Shown: piece by piece, positions 1 to 9,083 of the stretch
Layout: the number at the start of each line of letters is the position of its first letter
Position numbering within the stretch: position 1 is the first letter of the stretch
Origin: Nitrososphaerota archaeon
GTDB lineage: Archaea > Thermoproteota > Nitrososphaeria_A > Caldarchaeales > Calditenuaceae
Length of the DNA stretch: 32,000 nucleotides
Direction of reading: 5' to 3'
NCBI GenBank assembly: GCA_041641295.1
Contig: JBEPYO010000001.1
Span: forward strand, 152,677-184,676
The notes under the pieces: model-generated
Database searches by the model: none
The model's input: the letters and a program-made list of their open reading frames with translations, nothing else
Told to the model about the DNA's origin: nothing
Position numbers and translations under genes: made by a program

Positions 1-558
1 CATGCCGCGGCGATAGGGCCGGGCCTCTCTGTGGCTAAGGAGTCTGCCCTTACGAAACTTCTGAGCGGGCTCTTGGAGAAAGGCGTTAAGCTCGTGCTGG
101 ATGCCTCAGCCCTGCAGCCCTACATCCTCAACATTATAGGCGGACGCGAGGTTGTCCTCACCCCACACGCGGGAGAGTTCGCTAGGCTCTTCGGGACCCA
201 GCCGGGAAACTCGCTAGAGGAGAGGTGCAGGGCCTCAAAGGAGGCTGCTAAGAAGCATGGCGTAGTTATACTGTTGAAGGGGATGGTCGATGTCATTACG
301 GATGGCGAGAGGTTGATGGTGAATAGGACTGGAACCTGCGCAATGACTGTCGGGGGGACGGGGGACGTCTTGACTGGGCTGGTGGCTGGGCTAGTTGCCA
401 AGGGGGTTCCTGGCTTTGAGGCTGCCTCAGCTGCAGCATATATCAATGGGGTATGCGGTGAAATGGCTGCGTCGGAGCTTGGGCTTCACATTCTACCCAC
501 AGACCTGATAGACAAGATTCCAAAGGTGATGAAGAATTTCGACAAAATCATCAGCTAG
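1..558 (+). CDS. ADP-dependent NAD(P)H-hydrate dehydratase (YjeF C-terminal / carbohydrate-kinase family), 5' end cut by window edge
   Basis: Frame 1 is open from nt 1 ([10 protein letters not shown]...), so the ATG at 31 is internal. Family motifs [10 protein letters not shown] and GGTGDVLTG are present. Stop TAG 556-558. Confidence 0.8.
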   Translation, partial: HAAAIGPGLSVAKESALTKLLSGLLEKGVKLVLDASALQPYILNIIGGREVVLTPHAGEFARLFGTQPGNSLEERCRASKEAAKKHGVVILLKGMVDVITDGERLMVNRTGTCAMTVGGTGDVLTGLVAGLVAKGVPGFEAASAAAYINGVCGEMAASELGLHILPTDLIDKIPKVMKNFDKIIS

Positions 559-2590
559 ACACTTGCCTCATACTCTTCCCCAACTCATCGAGACTGCTGG
601 TGGGCAGCAGGCATTTGAAGCCACGGCAGAAGTAGTAGGTGGCGCCCTCCCCCACTGCATCTTTCCCCTCCCATAAGCTCTTCAATGCCTCTGACCTGGA
701 AGCGGAGATGACGACGTATGGCTCAAACATTTTTGAAGCGAGCTGGCAGAGGTGTTGCCAGGGATCACCTGTTGTGGCTATCACGAGCTGGCCTCCTGAA
801 TCTAATATGTAGGGGATGGCGGATATGAGTGAGATATGACTTAGGGGGTCGTCTTGAAGCCTCTGCCACGCCGCCTTCAATGCTTCACGCGCGGGCTGGA
901 AAAACCTCTCCTCACCTGTCAGAAGATGGAGCTGGGCGAGTAGGTGGACTGCAGCCGCGTATCCGCTAGGGTATGCGTGGTCCTCTATGGATACGGGTCT
1001 TATGGGTGTGTCAGGGTCTGGCTGCGTGTCATAGAATCCTCCCGACTGAGAGGCGAATTTTTCAAGGATGTCGTCCGCGAGGCTAAGGGCTGCGTCGAGG
1101 TACCTGTTTCTCCCGGTCCACTGATAGAGGTCTAGAAGACCCCACCCCATCAGGGCATAGTCCTCAAGTAGCCCTCGAGCCTCTGAAGGCCCATCTCTCC
1201 AATACCTCTTCAGCTCTCCGTCAGAGTAGAGTTCCTTCAGTATGAAGTTCGCCGCATCCGTTGCTGCTTTAGACAGGTCTTGGTCTGCTGTGGCTGCCGC
1301 GGCGTAAGAGAGCCCGCTCAAGAGGATGCCATTCCATGATGCGATAACCTTGTCGTCCACCGCAGGTCTTTGCTTCGCCCTCCTAAGCTCCCCCAGCTTT
1401 CTGCTGATGTAGTTTAGGGCGCTGAAAAGGTCCATGCCTAGGGTATCTGAGAGTTTTTCAAGGTTGGAGGGGAGCCTGATGACATTCAGTCCATGCCCAA
1501 AGTTTCCAACGGGGGTGCAGCCAAGCATTCTCGCGACCTCGTCGCCCAGAGCCCCTGCAACCTCATCCCAACTATACAGGTAGTATCCGCCTTCAACTCC
1601 TCCGCTCTCGGCGCTCAGGGCGGAGTAGAAGCCGCCCCCCTCCGACCTTAGTTCTGAGATGAGCCAGCGCGAGGTATCCCTAACAACGTAGCGGTACAGG
1701 GGTCTCTTAGTTGCGGCCCAAGCCTCAGCATAGAGTCTGAGGAGCATTCCATTGTCGTAGAGCATCTTTTCGAAGTGGGGTATTGTCCATGCACTGTCAA
1801 CCGCGTACCTGTGGAATCCTCCCCCCACGTGGTCGTATATTCCGCCGAGGAAAATAGCGTCAAGCGTCCTCTCTACTATCCTGAGAGCCATGGACTCGCC
1901 CTTCAGCCTCCAGTAGCGGAGTAAGAACAGGTAGTTTGTGGGCGTCGGGAATTTTGGAGCCCCTCTTATCCCACCGTTCTCGTCATCAAATATGAGGACA
2001 AGCTGGTCGTACGCCATGTCCAAAGCATCCATATTCACCTCCACCTCTCCACCCGCCCTGATGGAGAGTGAGCTGGAGACAAGCTCGAAGAGGTTGCTAC
2101 CGCTGTTCAGAACCTCAGCCCTCCTCTTTTCCCAGGCCTCCTTGACTGCTAAGAGCACATCTTTGAAGCTCGGTAAGTTATATCGCGGCTCGGGTGGAAA
2201 GTAGGTGCCGCCGAAGAAGGGCTTCAGATCGGGTGTTAGAAAGACGGTGAGCGGCCAGCCACCCTGACCCGTCATCAATATCACAGCCCTCATATAGATG
2301 GCGTCGATGTCCGGCCTCTCCTCCCTATCCACCTTGACAGGTACAAAATACTTGTTGAGGATGTCGCTGATGGTGCGGTTCTTAAATGACTCTCTCTGCA
2401 TCACGTGGCACCAATGGCAGGAGAGGTATCCGATGCTTAGGAAGATGGGTTTATCCTCCTCTCTCGCCTTCCTGAAGGCCTCCTCTCCCCACGGGTACCA
2501 GTCAACCGGGTCGTCAGCGTGGAGCTGTAGATACGGGCTCTTACTGTCTGCCAGCCTGTTTACCCTACGCCGAGCAGCATCTCCAGACAA
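551..2590 (-). CDS. Thioredoxin-domain protein, YyaL/DUF255 (SSP411-like) with C-terminal six-hairpin (N-acylglucosamine-2-epimerase-like) region
   Basis: 679-aa ORF. N-terminus [29 protein letters not shown] and the CxxC-type SCHWCHVM motif are typical of the family. The only in-frame start upstream of the conserved NRL segment is TTG at 2588-2590. The 3' end overlaps the convergent upstream gene by 8 nt. Confidence 0.8.
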   Translation of the reverse strand: MSGDAARRRVNRLADSKSPYLQLHADDPVDWYPWGEEAFRKAREEDKPIFLSIGYLSCHWCHVMQRESFKNRTISDILNKYFVPVKVDREERPDIDAIYMRAVILMTGQGGWPLTVFLTPDLKPFFGGTYFPPEPRYNLPSFKDVLLAVKEAWEKRRAEVLNSGSNLFELVSSSLSIRAGGEVEVNMDALDMAYDQLVLIFDDENGGIRGAPKFPTPTNYLFLLRYWRLKGESMALRIVERTLDAIFLGGIYDHVGGGFHRYAVDSAWTIPHFEKMLYDNGMLLRLYAEAWAATKRPLYRYVVRDTSRWLISELRSEGGGFYSALSAESGGVEGGYYLYSWDEVAGALGDEVARMLGCTPVGNFGHGLNVIRLPSNLEKLSDTLGMDLFSALNYISRKLGELRRAKQRPAVDDKVIASWNGILLSGLSYAAAATADQDLSKAATDAANFILKELYSDGELKRYWRDGPSEARGLLEDYALMGWGLLDLYQWTGRNRYLDAALSLADDILEKFASQSGGFYDTQPDPDTPIRPVSIEDHAYPSGYAAAVHLLAQLHLLTGEERFFQPAREALKAAWQRLQDDPLSHISLISAIPYILDSGGQLVIATTGDPWQHLCQLASKMFEPYVVISASRSEALKSLWEGKDAVGEGATYYFCRGFKCLLPTSSLDELGKSMRQVSS

Positions 2591-2615
2591 TCTACCTCTT
2601 GCAAATCCATCATAA

Positions 2616-2641
2616 CTTATTAAACTCTCCAGAACTAAATA
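2616..2641. promoter_or_regulatory. Back-to-back TATA-like boxes for the divergent genes starting at 2590 (-) and 2662 (+)
   Basis: On the minus strand GTTTAATAAG (2616-2625) lies about 30 nt from start 2590. On the plus strand CTAAATA (2635-2641) lies about 24 nt from ATG 2662. The intergenic region is only 68 nt. Confidence 0.4.
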
Positions 2642-2661
2642 CTCTCAGGTAGTCTCGATTG

Positions 2662-3207
2662 ATGGAGATAAACGGCTACGTGTCCGGCATAAGGCCGCGG
2701 CGGGCGGGAAAAACAATCGTAGTCGAAGTCTCCATCTCTACGCTCTCCGGTGAAAGCTATGAGGCAGTGCTCCACGACCCGCCCGACTGGCTTGAGATAG
2801 GCTCTAAAATCACGTGTAAGATTGAGCAGATACCTGGCAGGCAGGGAGTAACTTCCGTAATCTCTGAGCTGAAGCTCTCCCTTACCCTGCCTGATATAAC
2901 TCAGGTCGAGCTCTCCGTGGAGTCTGTCAGAGAGACGCCAGACGGCAGCCTGGTGGTGGAGGGGAGAAGAGAGGGTGGAGGCTTCTTCAGCTACCTGTTG
3001 AAGCCCGAAAACGCCGTCATAGATACTGCAAGCCTCCCGTGCAGGGCCGTTGCCCTAAAAACGCTACAAACTGGTGCCGACCGCGTAATAGCCATCATAC
3101 CGGTCAAAAACCTCCAGATCATGAGGAGGGCTAAGGAGCTTATGATGCAGCTCAAGAGGGAGGAAGAGCACAGGCCAGAGCTAGAATTCCTCCCCGGACC
3201 ACCATAA
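2662..3207 (+). CDS. Hypothetical protein (181 aa from ATG 2662; the listed ORF begins one codon earlier at TTG 2659)
   Basis: Long ORF with coding-like composition, its own TATA-like box and no better ORF on the opposite strand. No catalytic or family motif recognised. Confidence 0.55.
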   Translation: MEINGYVSGIRPRRAGKTIVVEVSISTLSGESYEAVLHDPPDWLEIGSKITCKIEQIPGRQGVTSVISELKLSLTLPDITQVELSVESVRETPDGSLVVEGRREGGGFFSYLLKPENAVIDTASLPCRAVALKTLQTGADRVIAIIPVKNLQIMRRAKELMMQLKREEEHRPELEFLPGPP

Positions 3208-3230
3208 CAGACCTTTGATGGATTGATAAG

Positions 3231-3241
3231 TTTTAGTAATA
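3231..3241 (+). promoter_or_regulatory. TATA-like box for the Rieske gene (leaderless-type spacing)
   Basis: TTTTAGTAATA is centred about 27 nt upstream of GTG 3263. Confidence 0.4.
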
Positions 3242-3262
3242 CTCGAGGAGCTATTCTCCCAC

Positions 3263-3586
3263 GTGCTAGTTCGGGTCTGTAGCTTGAGGGAGGTCCCGGA
3301 GGGCGGGATGATAAGGGTAGACCTGAATGATAAGGGACTTTTAGTGGCAAAGGTTGGTGGGAGGGTCTACGTTGCTGACGTCTGGTGCACGCATGAGGAG
3401 GGCGACCTCAGCCTAGGACTCCTAGAGGGTGATATTGTCAGGTGCCCACTTCACGGAGCCATGTTCCGACTGGCCGACGGCTCGGTGGTCGAAGGGCCGG
3501 AGGGGGAGCCGCCTGAATCAATACCTAGCCTCAAAACCTACAAGGTGAAGATTCAGGAAGGCGATATCTATATTGAAGAATTGTGA
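3263..3586 (+). CDS. Small Rieske [2Fe-2S] ferredoxin-like protein
   Basis: 107 aa with CTH-x16-CPLH, which fits the Rieske ligand pattern C-x-H-x15-17-C-x2-H. GTG start. Confidence 0.8.
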   Translation: MLVRVCSLREVPEGGMIRVDLNDKGLLVAKVGGRVYVADVWCTHEEGDLSLGLLEGDIVRCPLHGAMFRLADGSVVEGPEGEPPESIPSLKTYKVKIQEGDIYIEEL

Positions 3587-3634
3587 GGCTCGTATCTCCC
3601 GCCAGATATAAAGAAGAGATGGCCAAGGAAAAGC

Positions 3635-3642
3635 TATAATAA
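3635..3642 (+). promoter_or_regulatory. TATA box with purine-rich BRE-like upstream flank for pyrG
   Basis: GGAAAAGC-TATAATAA is centred about 25 nt upstream of GTG 3663, implying a leaderless mRNA. Confidence 0.5.
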
Positions 3643-3662
3643 CAGCAAACTCTATTTTTAAT

Positions 3663-5288
3663 GTGCCGAAATACATCTTCGTCACGGGGGGCGTAATATC
3701 CTCCGTCGGGAAGGGGACTGTCGCAGCCTCCATTGGAAAGATACTCCAATCCCGAGGATACAACGTGGATTTTCTGAAGATAGACCCGTACGTCAATGTA
3801 GACGCTGGGACGCTGAACCCGTACAGCCACGGCGAAGTATTCGTCACAGATGATGGCGGCGAGACAGACCTAGACCTTGGATGGTATGAGAGGTTCCTCG
3901 ACATACCCATGAGCAGGCTAAACAACCTCACAACCGGGCAGGTCTTCCAAGAGGTAATCCGTAGAGAGCGTGCTGGGGAGTATCTTGGCCAATGTGTCCA
4001 GATTGTTACTCACGTAACTGATGAGATAAAGCGTAGAATAAGGCTGGTCGCCGAGAGGAGGGGGGCAGATATAATCATAGTAGAGATCGGAGGGACTGTT
4101 GGCGACATCGAGGCTCAGCCTTTTTACGAGGCCGCCAGGCAGATGAAACTGGAGGAGGAGACGCTATTTGTTCATGTATCGCTCGTCATATATCTCGAGA
4201 CCACGGGCGAGTTTAAGACCAAGGCACTCCAGCACAGCGTAAATGAGCTAAGGAGGGCTGGTATACAGCCCGACATTATTGTGGCTAGGAGCCAGAGAAT
4301 CATCGACGAGGCCACCAGGAGGAAAATCGCACTCTTCGGCACGCTCCCAAAGGAGGCAGTATTCTGCTCATACGACACAGACGTAATCTATGAGGTGCCC
4401 CTCATATTAGACCAGCAAGGACTAGGAGATTTTATTGTGAAGCACCTATCCCTGAGTAATACCCAGCCTGATTTGTCTGAGTGGCGCAGGATAGTTGAGA
4501 CCTTCAAGTCGAACGGCCCATTAGTGAAGATAGCAGTATGCGGTAAATACACGGCGCTGACTGACTCATACATCAGCATCAAGGAGGCCCTCAAGCATGC
4601 CTCCGCATACCATAACGCGAGGCTTGAGATCCTATGGGTTGATGCTGAGAAGGTTGAGCGCGACAGCATTGAGGAAATCTCCAAGCTCGAGGAAGCGCAT
4701 GGGATACTCGTGCCCGGAGGCTTCGGTAAGCGCGGGTCTGAGGGAAAGATAATTGCAATAAACCTCGCTAGGACTCAGGATAAACCGTTCCTAGGGATAT
4801 GTTTTGGCCTACAGATGGCCGTTGTCGAGTTCGCGAGAAACGTGCTAGGTCTGAAGGGTGCCAACTCGACAGAACATGATCAAGATACTCCGCACCCAGT
4901 GATTGATCTTATGCCCGAGCAGCGCCAGACGGAGCAGAAGGGCGGGACCATGCGCCTCGGCTCGCTCCCAGTAGTTATCAAGAAGGGGACGCTAGCATAC
5001 AGGCTATACGAGTCGGAGCTAATACATCAGAGGCATCGGCATAGATACGAGGTAAACCCCGCGTACCACCAGAAATTAACAGGTGCTGGGCTGGTGTTCT
5101 CAGGCCTCTCCCCGGACGGTAACAGGGTTGAGATAATTGAGCTACCCAGTAAGAAATATTTCATAGCGACACAGTACCATCCGGAGTTCAAGTCGCGGCC
5201 AGGAAAACCAGAACCTGTTTTCCGTGGACTGATTGCAGCGGCGCTGGCTGAAGTTAAAATTAGAGACATGCAAGTTAAGGTTCAATGA
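3663..5288 (+). CDS. pyrG: CTP synthase
   Basis: N-terminus [41 protein letters not shown], glutaminase GICFGLQ (Cys nucleophile) and HRHRYEVN. Full length at 541 aa. GTG start. Confidence 0.97.
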   Translation: MPKYIFVTGGVISSVGKGTVAASIGKILQSRGYNVDFLKIDPYVNVDAGTLNPYSHGEVFVTDDGGETDLDLGWYERFLDIPMSRLNNLTTGQVFQEVIRRERAGEYLGQCVQIVTHVTDEIKRRIRLVAERRGADIIIVEIGGTVGDIEAQPFYEAARQMKLEEETLFVHVSLVIYLETTGEFKTKALQHSVNELRRAGIQPDIIVARSQRIIDEATRRKIALFGTLPKEAVFCSYDTDVIYEVPLILDQQGLGDFIVKHLSLSNTQPDLSEWRRIVETFKSNGPLVKIAVCGKYTALTDSYISIKEALKHASAYHNARLEILWVDAEKVERDSIEEISKLEEAHGILVPGGFGKRGSEGKIIAINLARTQDKPFLGICFGLQMAVVEFARNVLGLKGANSTEHDQDTPHPVIDLMPEQRQTEQKGGTMRLGSLPVVIKKGTLAYRLYESELIHQRHRHRYEVNPAYHQKLTGAGLVFSGLSPDGNRVEIIELPSKKYFIATQYHPEFKSRPGKPEPVFRGLIAAALAEVKIRDMQVKVQ

Positions 5289-6016
5289 GCGAGACAGTCC
5301 TCGTCGACGCACACTGCCACGTCCACGAGTATAGTGATGAGGAGATCAAGAGTTTCGGGAAGATTAGGATCGCCGGTGTTGCAATGGACTTAGAGTCTTC
5401 TGGAGCTACCCTCGAGTTGGCGAAGAGGTTTAGGAATATTGACCCCTTCGTTGGACTGCACCCTTGGAATCTTCACAAGAACTTTGATGAGCTGGAAAAC
5501 ATAAAGAGGCTTGCGGTTTCTGGCGGGGCGTCGGGTCTAGGCGAGGTGGGCGTCGACTTGCGATTCGCCAAGGCATCTTTCAAGGAGCAGTTAAAGGTTT
5601 TCACTGAAATATGTGAGCTAGCCGCTGAAAACGGGCTCCCACTAAATGTCCACGCCCTCGGAGGATGGGACTCGGTAGTAAAGACTTGCATAAAGCTAGG
5701 CGTGAAGTCCCTCCTACTACATTGGTACACAGGACCGCCTGAGCTGCTCAAAGAGATCAAGGATGCGAGCTACTTTATCTCGATCAATCCAGCCGTGACA
5801 ATCCAGCCGAGGCACATGCAGATTCTCCGGGAAGCCGATATGGACATCATCCTTACTGAGAGCGACGGGCCCTACAACTATAGGGGAATAGAGCTGACCC
5901 CGAAAAGCTTGCCTGGGCTCATCAACACAATAGCGTCTGTCAAGGGGCTGACAGTGGCGGAGGTGTCCAGCCAGATTTATGAAAACTATCTAAGATTCCT
6001 CGGCGCCTCCAAGTGA
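5285..6016 (+). CDS. TatD-family metal-dependent hydrolase
   Basis: N-terminal [10 protein letters not shown] His cluster, later HWYTG and ESDGPY segments, 243 aa. ATGA start/stop overlap with pyrG. Confidence 0.75.
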   Translation: MSETVLVDAHCHVHEYSDEEIKSFGKIRIAGVAMDLESSGATLELAKRFRNIDPFVGLHPWNLHKNFDELENIKRLAVSGGASGLGEVGVDLRFAKASFKEQLKVFTEICELAAENGLPLNVHALGGWDSVVKTCIKLGVKSLLLHWYTGPPELLKEIKDASYFISINPAVTIQPRHMQILREADMDIILTESDGPYNYRGIELTPKSLPGLINTIASVKGLTVAEVSSQIYENYLRFLGASK

Positions 6017-6907
6017 CCTTGATACGATATGGTGAGCCAAGTCCTCCAATACTTTGACAACCGCCTGCGTGCCTAGCGCTCCTTCTCCTCTGGCAACCAA
6101 TGATTTGAAGAGCTGATGTACAAGCGCTGTGCCAAGGAGTGGTAGGTTGAGCTCCTGACCTATTTCGAGAGCTATGCGGAGGTCTTTCATCAGATGCTCT
6201 GCCTTGAAACCAGGTCTAAAATCTCTATTGACAATTGCGGGTCCGAGGTTGGCTAGCTGCCACGAGGCCCCCGCCCCAGACGATATGATCTCTATTACCT
6301 TGTCGAGGTCTAGGCCCGATTTTGAGGCAAGTAGGAGGGCTTCACAAGCTCCGAGTAGGGAGAGGGCTACCGATATCTGGTTGCATATCTTCGTCATCTG
6401 ACCCGAGCCGCTTGGACCCATGTAGACAATCCTCTGGCCGAGGACTCGTAGTATCGGCTCGGCCTTCTTGAAGACAGCGTAGTCTCCTCCGACCATGATT
6501 GCGAGTGTTCCCTGCTCAGCGCCTATTGTCCCTCCTGTCACGGGTGCGTCAAGATACCCTACCCCCCTCTCTTTCAAAGTCGCATATATCTCCCTCTCAA
6601 CCACCGGCGAGATGGTCGACATGTCTATGACGGTCGAGCCGGGCTTGGCTGCCTGAATGACTCCCCTTTCACCCAGCACCACAAGCCTCACGTCCTTGGA
6701 GTCCGGGAGCATCAGGATCGTGTAGTCGGACTCACTAGCAGTCTCCGCGGGAGAGCCCGCCGCCTCCGCTCCCAGTCTTACAAGCTCCTCGACCGGCCCC
6801 CTACTCCTGTTAAACACCTTCAGCTCGTGCCCCGCGGACAGCAGCCTCTTAGCCATCGGCTTCCCCATCAAGCCGAGGCCGATGAAACCTATCCTGGCCA
6901 CGGGCAT
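5990..6907 (-). CDS. NAD(P)-dependent beta-hydroxyacid dehydrogenase (3-hydroxyisobutyrate dehydrogenase / 2-hydroxy-3-oxopropionate reductase family)
   Basis: Rossmann N-terminus IGFIGLGLMGKPMAKRLL, family segments DAPVTGG and KDL. 305 aa. Confidence 0.85.
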   Translation of the reverse strand: MPVARIGFIGLGLMGKPMAKRLLSAGHELKVFNRSRGPVEELVRLGAEAAGSPAETASESDYTILMLPDSKDVRLVVLGERGVIQAAKPGSTVIDMSTISPVVEREIYATLKERGVGYLDAPVTGGTIGAEQGTLAIMVGGDYAVFKKAEPILRVLGQRIVYMGPSGSGQMTKICNQISVALSLLGACEALLLASKSGLDLDKVIEIISSGAGASWQLANLGPAIVNRDFRPGFKAEHLMKDLRIALEIGQELNLPLLGTALVHQLFKSLVARGEGALGTQAVVKVLEDLAHHIVSRSLGGAEES

Positions 6908-6923
6908 CGAGGTGTAGCCAAGA

Positions 6924-6934
6924 CTATTAATATA
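6924..6934. promoter_or_regulatory. Single near-palindromic TATA element (TATTAATATAT) shared by divergent genes
   Basis: This is the only A/T-rich element in the 49-nt gap. Its centre is about 22 nt from ATG 6907 (-) and about 28 nt from GTG 6957 (+). Confidence 0.4.
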
Positions 6935-6956
6935 TCGTCGGGCGGGAACGTGTTCA

Positions 6957-7475
6957 GTGAGGTTGGTTGTAAAGACTTTTGTCCGCTCGATCAGGTCTTG
7001 GCTCGGCCGCGTAGAGGTTGCAGCAAGTGAGGATCACCTGCTCTTTGTGGGTGTGGGTGATGGGGAGGCGGTTGAGTTTTTGCGGGCCTGGGGGCTTCCA
7101 CCTCCAGCGGGAAGGGGGAGCGGGTTGATTGAAGAGGCGGAGGCGCAGCTCATCGAGTATTTTGAGGGTAGGCGGAGCTCGTTTAGTCTGCCCGTCAGCT
7201 TCTTTGGAACCGATTTTCAAGTCAGGGTCTGGAAGAAGACTATGGAGATCCCCTTCGGATCAACGCGAAGCTACTCTTGGGTTGCGAAAGAGATTGGCTG
7301 TTCTTCGCCTAGGCCTGTGGGCAGGGCTCTGTCAGCGAACCACCTCATGCTTGTCGTGCCCTGTCACAGGGTTATTGAGGCTCAGGGAGGGCTTGGAGGG
7401 TTCTCAGCAGGTCTGGACTTGAAGAGGAGGCTCATACAGCATGAGAGGAGGCATGCGGGGGAGGAGCTGCGATAA
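6957..7475 (+). CDS. ogt: Methylated-DNA--protein-cysteine methyltransferase
   Basis: Active-site PCHRVI, preceded by the TDFQVRVWKKTMEIPFGSTRSY helix-turn-helix region. GTG start. N-terminal boundary is less certain. Confidence 0.85.
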   Translation: MRLVVKTFVRSIRSWLGRVEVAASEDHLLFVGVGDGEAVEFLRAWGLPPPAGRGSGLIEEAEAQLIEYFEGRRSSFSLPVSFFGTDFQVRVWKKTMEIPFGSTRSYSWVAKEIGCSSPRPVGRALSANHLMLVVPCHRVIEAQGGLGGFSAGLDLKRRLIQHERRHAGEELR

Positions 7476-7483
7476 AACTAAAT
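7472..7483 (+). promoter_or_regulatory. TATA-like box for the GTPase-trm5 unit, overlapping the ogt stop codon
   Basis: ATAAAACTAAAT is centred about 30 nt upstream of GTG 7509. Confidence 0.35.
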
Positions 7484-7508
7484 CCGCCTCGATACACTGA
7501 AGGTTAGA

Positions 7509-9083
7509 GTGTCGAGACACATTAAGCTCCCGCCCAACGAGGGACAGCATATCGAGTTTAAGGAGAGGCTCATCCCGCTCGTGCATTTGAAGCCCGAGAG
7601 GAGGCAGCAGCTAAGCACTCAGCTTAAGTCGCATCTGCTGGAGGGGGGCGGGGTGGCGGTCTATCTATTGGGGGTAAATGATGACGGTGTGGTGGTGGGG
7701 CTGAGTGAGTATGATTTGGAGATGAGCCTCTCGGTTCTCTCCGCAGTGGTGGCGGAGAGCGGTGCTAGGATTAGGAGGGTGGAGAGGTTTGAGACGGAGA
7801 AGGGCTTGATAGCAAGGGTTGTGATAGAGTCACTCCCCACGGCTGCTAAGCCGCACATCACTGTGGCCGTGGCGGGCCATGTTAACCACGGCAAGTCGAC
7901 ACTCATCGCCTGCCTCCTCACAAACCAGCCGGACGACGGTAAAAAGTGGTTATACCTCGACACACTACCCCACGAGGTTGAGAGGAACCTCTCCGCCGAT
8001 ATCCACCTCGCAGTCCTAGGGTTTAAAGGAGGTAAGCCCTTGACGATGAGCAACCCCCTAGACAAGATGGAGCGTGTGAGGATTGTGGAGGAGGGTGAGA
8101 AGCTTATCAGCTTCGTGGACACTGTGGGGCATGAGCCTTGGCTAAGGACGACAATCAGGGGCCTTGTGGGGCAGGAAGTGGACTATGGAGTACTCGTCGT
8201 TGCTGCGGATGACGGGGTTACACATCTTACACGCGAGCATCTGGGTATCATGCTAGGCCTAGGAATTCCGGTGATAGTGTGCATCACGAAGAAAGACAAA
8301 GTAGCTCAGAGTAGAGTTGTGGAGGTTAGGGAGGGGGTTGCCCAGCTCCTGAAGAGGGTTGGCCGAATCCCCTTCCTCATACGGGAGCCGTCAGACATAG
8401 ACGTAGTATACGACAAGACAGGTCTTGTTGTGCCTATATTAGAGGTCTCTGCGAGGACTCTGGAGGGGTTTGAGAACCTGTACAGACTTTTGGCCCTACT
8501 GCCGCAGCGAGAAAAGCCACTTGACAAACCATTCCTACTCTACATCGATAGAATCTACGACATCGAGGGTGTTGGGAGCGTGGTCTCTGGCACCGTTAGG
8601 CAGGGAAGGCTGAGGGCAGGCGCAGAACTACTACTCGGCCCCTACCCCGACGGCGGGTTCAAGCGGGTCAAGGCGCGGAGCATAGAGATCCACAACACCA
8701 GAGTAGAGGAGGCCGTCGCAGGCTATGTCGTCGGAGTCGCGATTAGGGGCGTCGCTCATGACGAAATTCGCAGGGGGATGGTCCTTTGCGATGAGGAGCT
8801 CTCGCCCCACGCGGTCTGGAGCTTTTCCGCTGAGGTCCTAGTACTCAATAATCCTAGCAGGTTCGCCCCCGGATATGAGCCTGTCATGCAGTGCCACACC
8901 ATATCACAGAGCGTTAGAATTGTGGAGCTGGATAGGGAGTATGTGAAGCCCGGAGAGCAGGGAAACGCCGTCCTCGAGTTCAAATACAGCCCGATGCTGG
9001 TCTATCCGCAAGACAGGTTTGTCTTGAGGGAGGGACGGACTAAGGGAATAGGGGTAATAAAGAAAATACTCCGATATGCTTGA
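7509..9083 (+). CDS. EF-1alpha/EF-Tu-like translational GTPase of the GTPBP1 type, with an extra N-terminal domain of about 105 aa
   Basis: G1 AGHVNHGKST, G3 DTVGHE and G4 TKKD, followed by beta-barrel domains II/III (GSVVSGTVRQGRL...). 524 aa, GTG start. Confidence 0.8.
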   Translation: MSRHIKLPPNEGQHIEFKERLIPLVHLKPERRQQLSTQLKSHLLEGGGVAVYLLGVNDDGVVVGLSEYDLEMSLSVLSAVVAESGARIRRVERFETEKGLIARVVIESLPTAAKPHITVAVAGHVNHGKSTLIACLLTNQPDDGKKWLYLDTLPHEVERNLSADIHLAVLGFKGGKPLTMSNPLDKMERVRIVEEGEKLISFVDTVGHEPWLRTTIRGLVGQEVDYGVLVVAADDGVTHLTREHLGIMLGLGIPVIVCITKKDKVAQSRVVEVREGVAQLLKRVGRIPFLIREPSDIDVVYDKTGLVVPILEVSARTLEGFENLYRLLALLPQREKPLDKPFLLYIDRIYDIEGVGSVVSGTVRQGRLRAGAELLLGPYPDGGFKRVKARSIEIHNTRVEEAVAGYVVGVAIRGVAHDEIRRGMVLCDEELSPHAVWSFSAEVLVLNNPSRFAPGYEPVMQCHTISQSVRIVELDREYVKPGEQGNAVLEFKYSPMLVYPQDRFVLREGRTKGIGVIKKILRYA

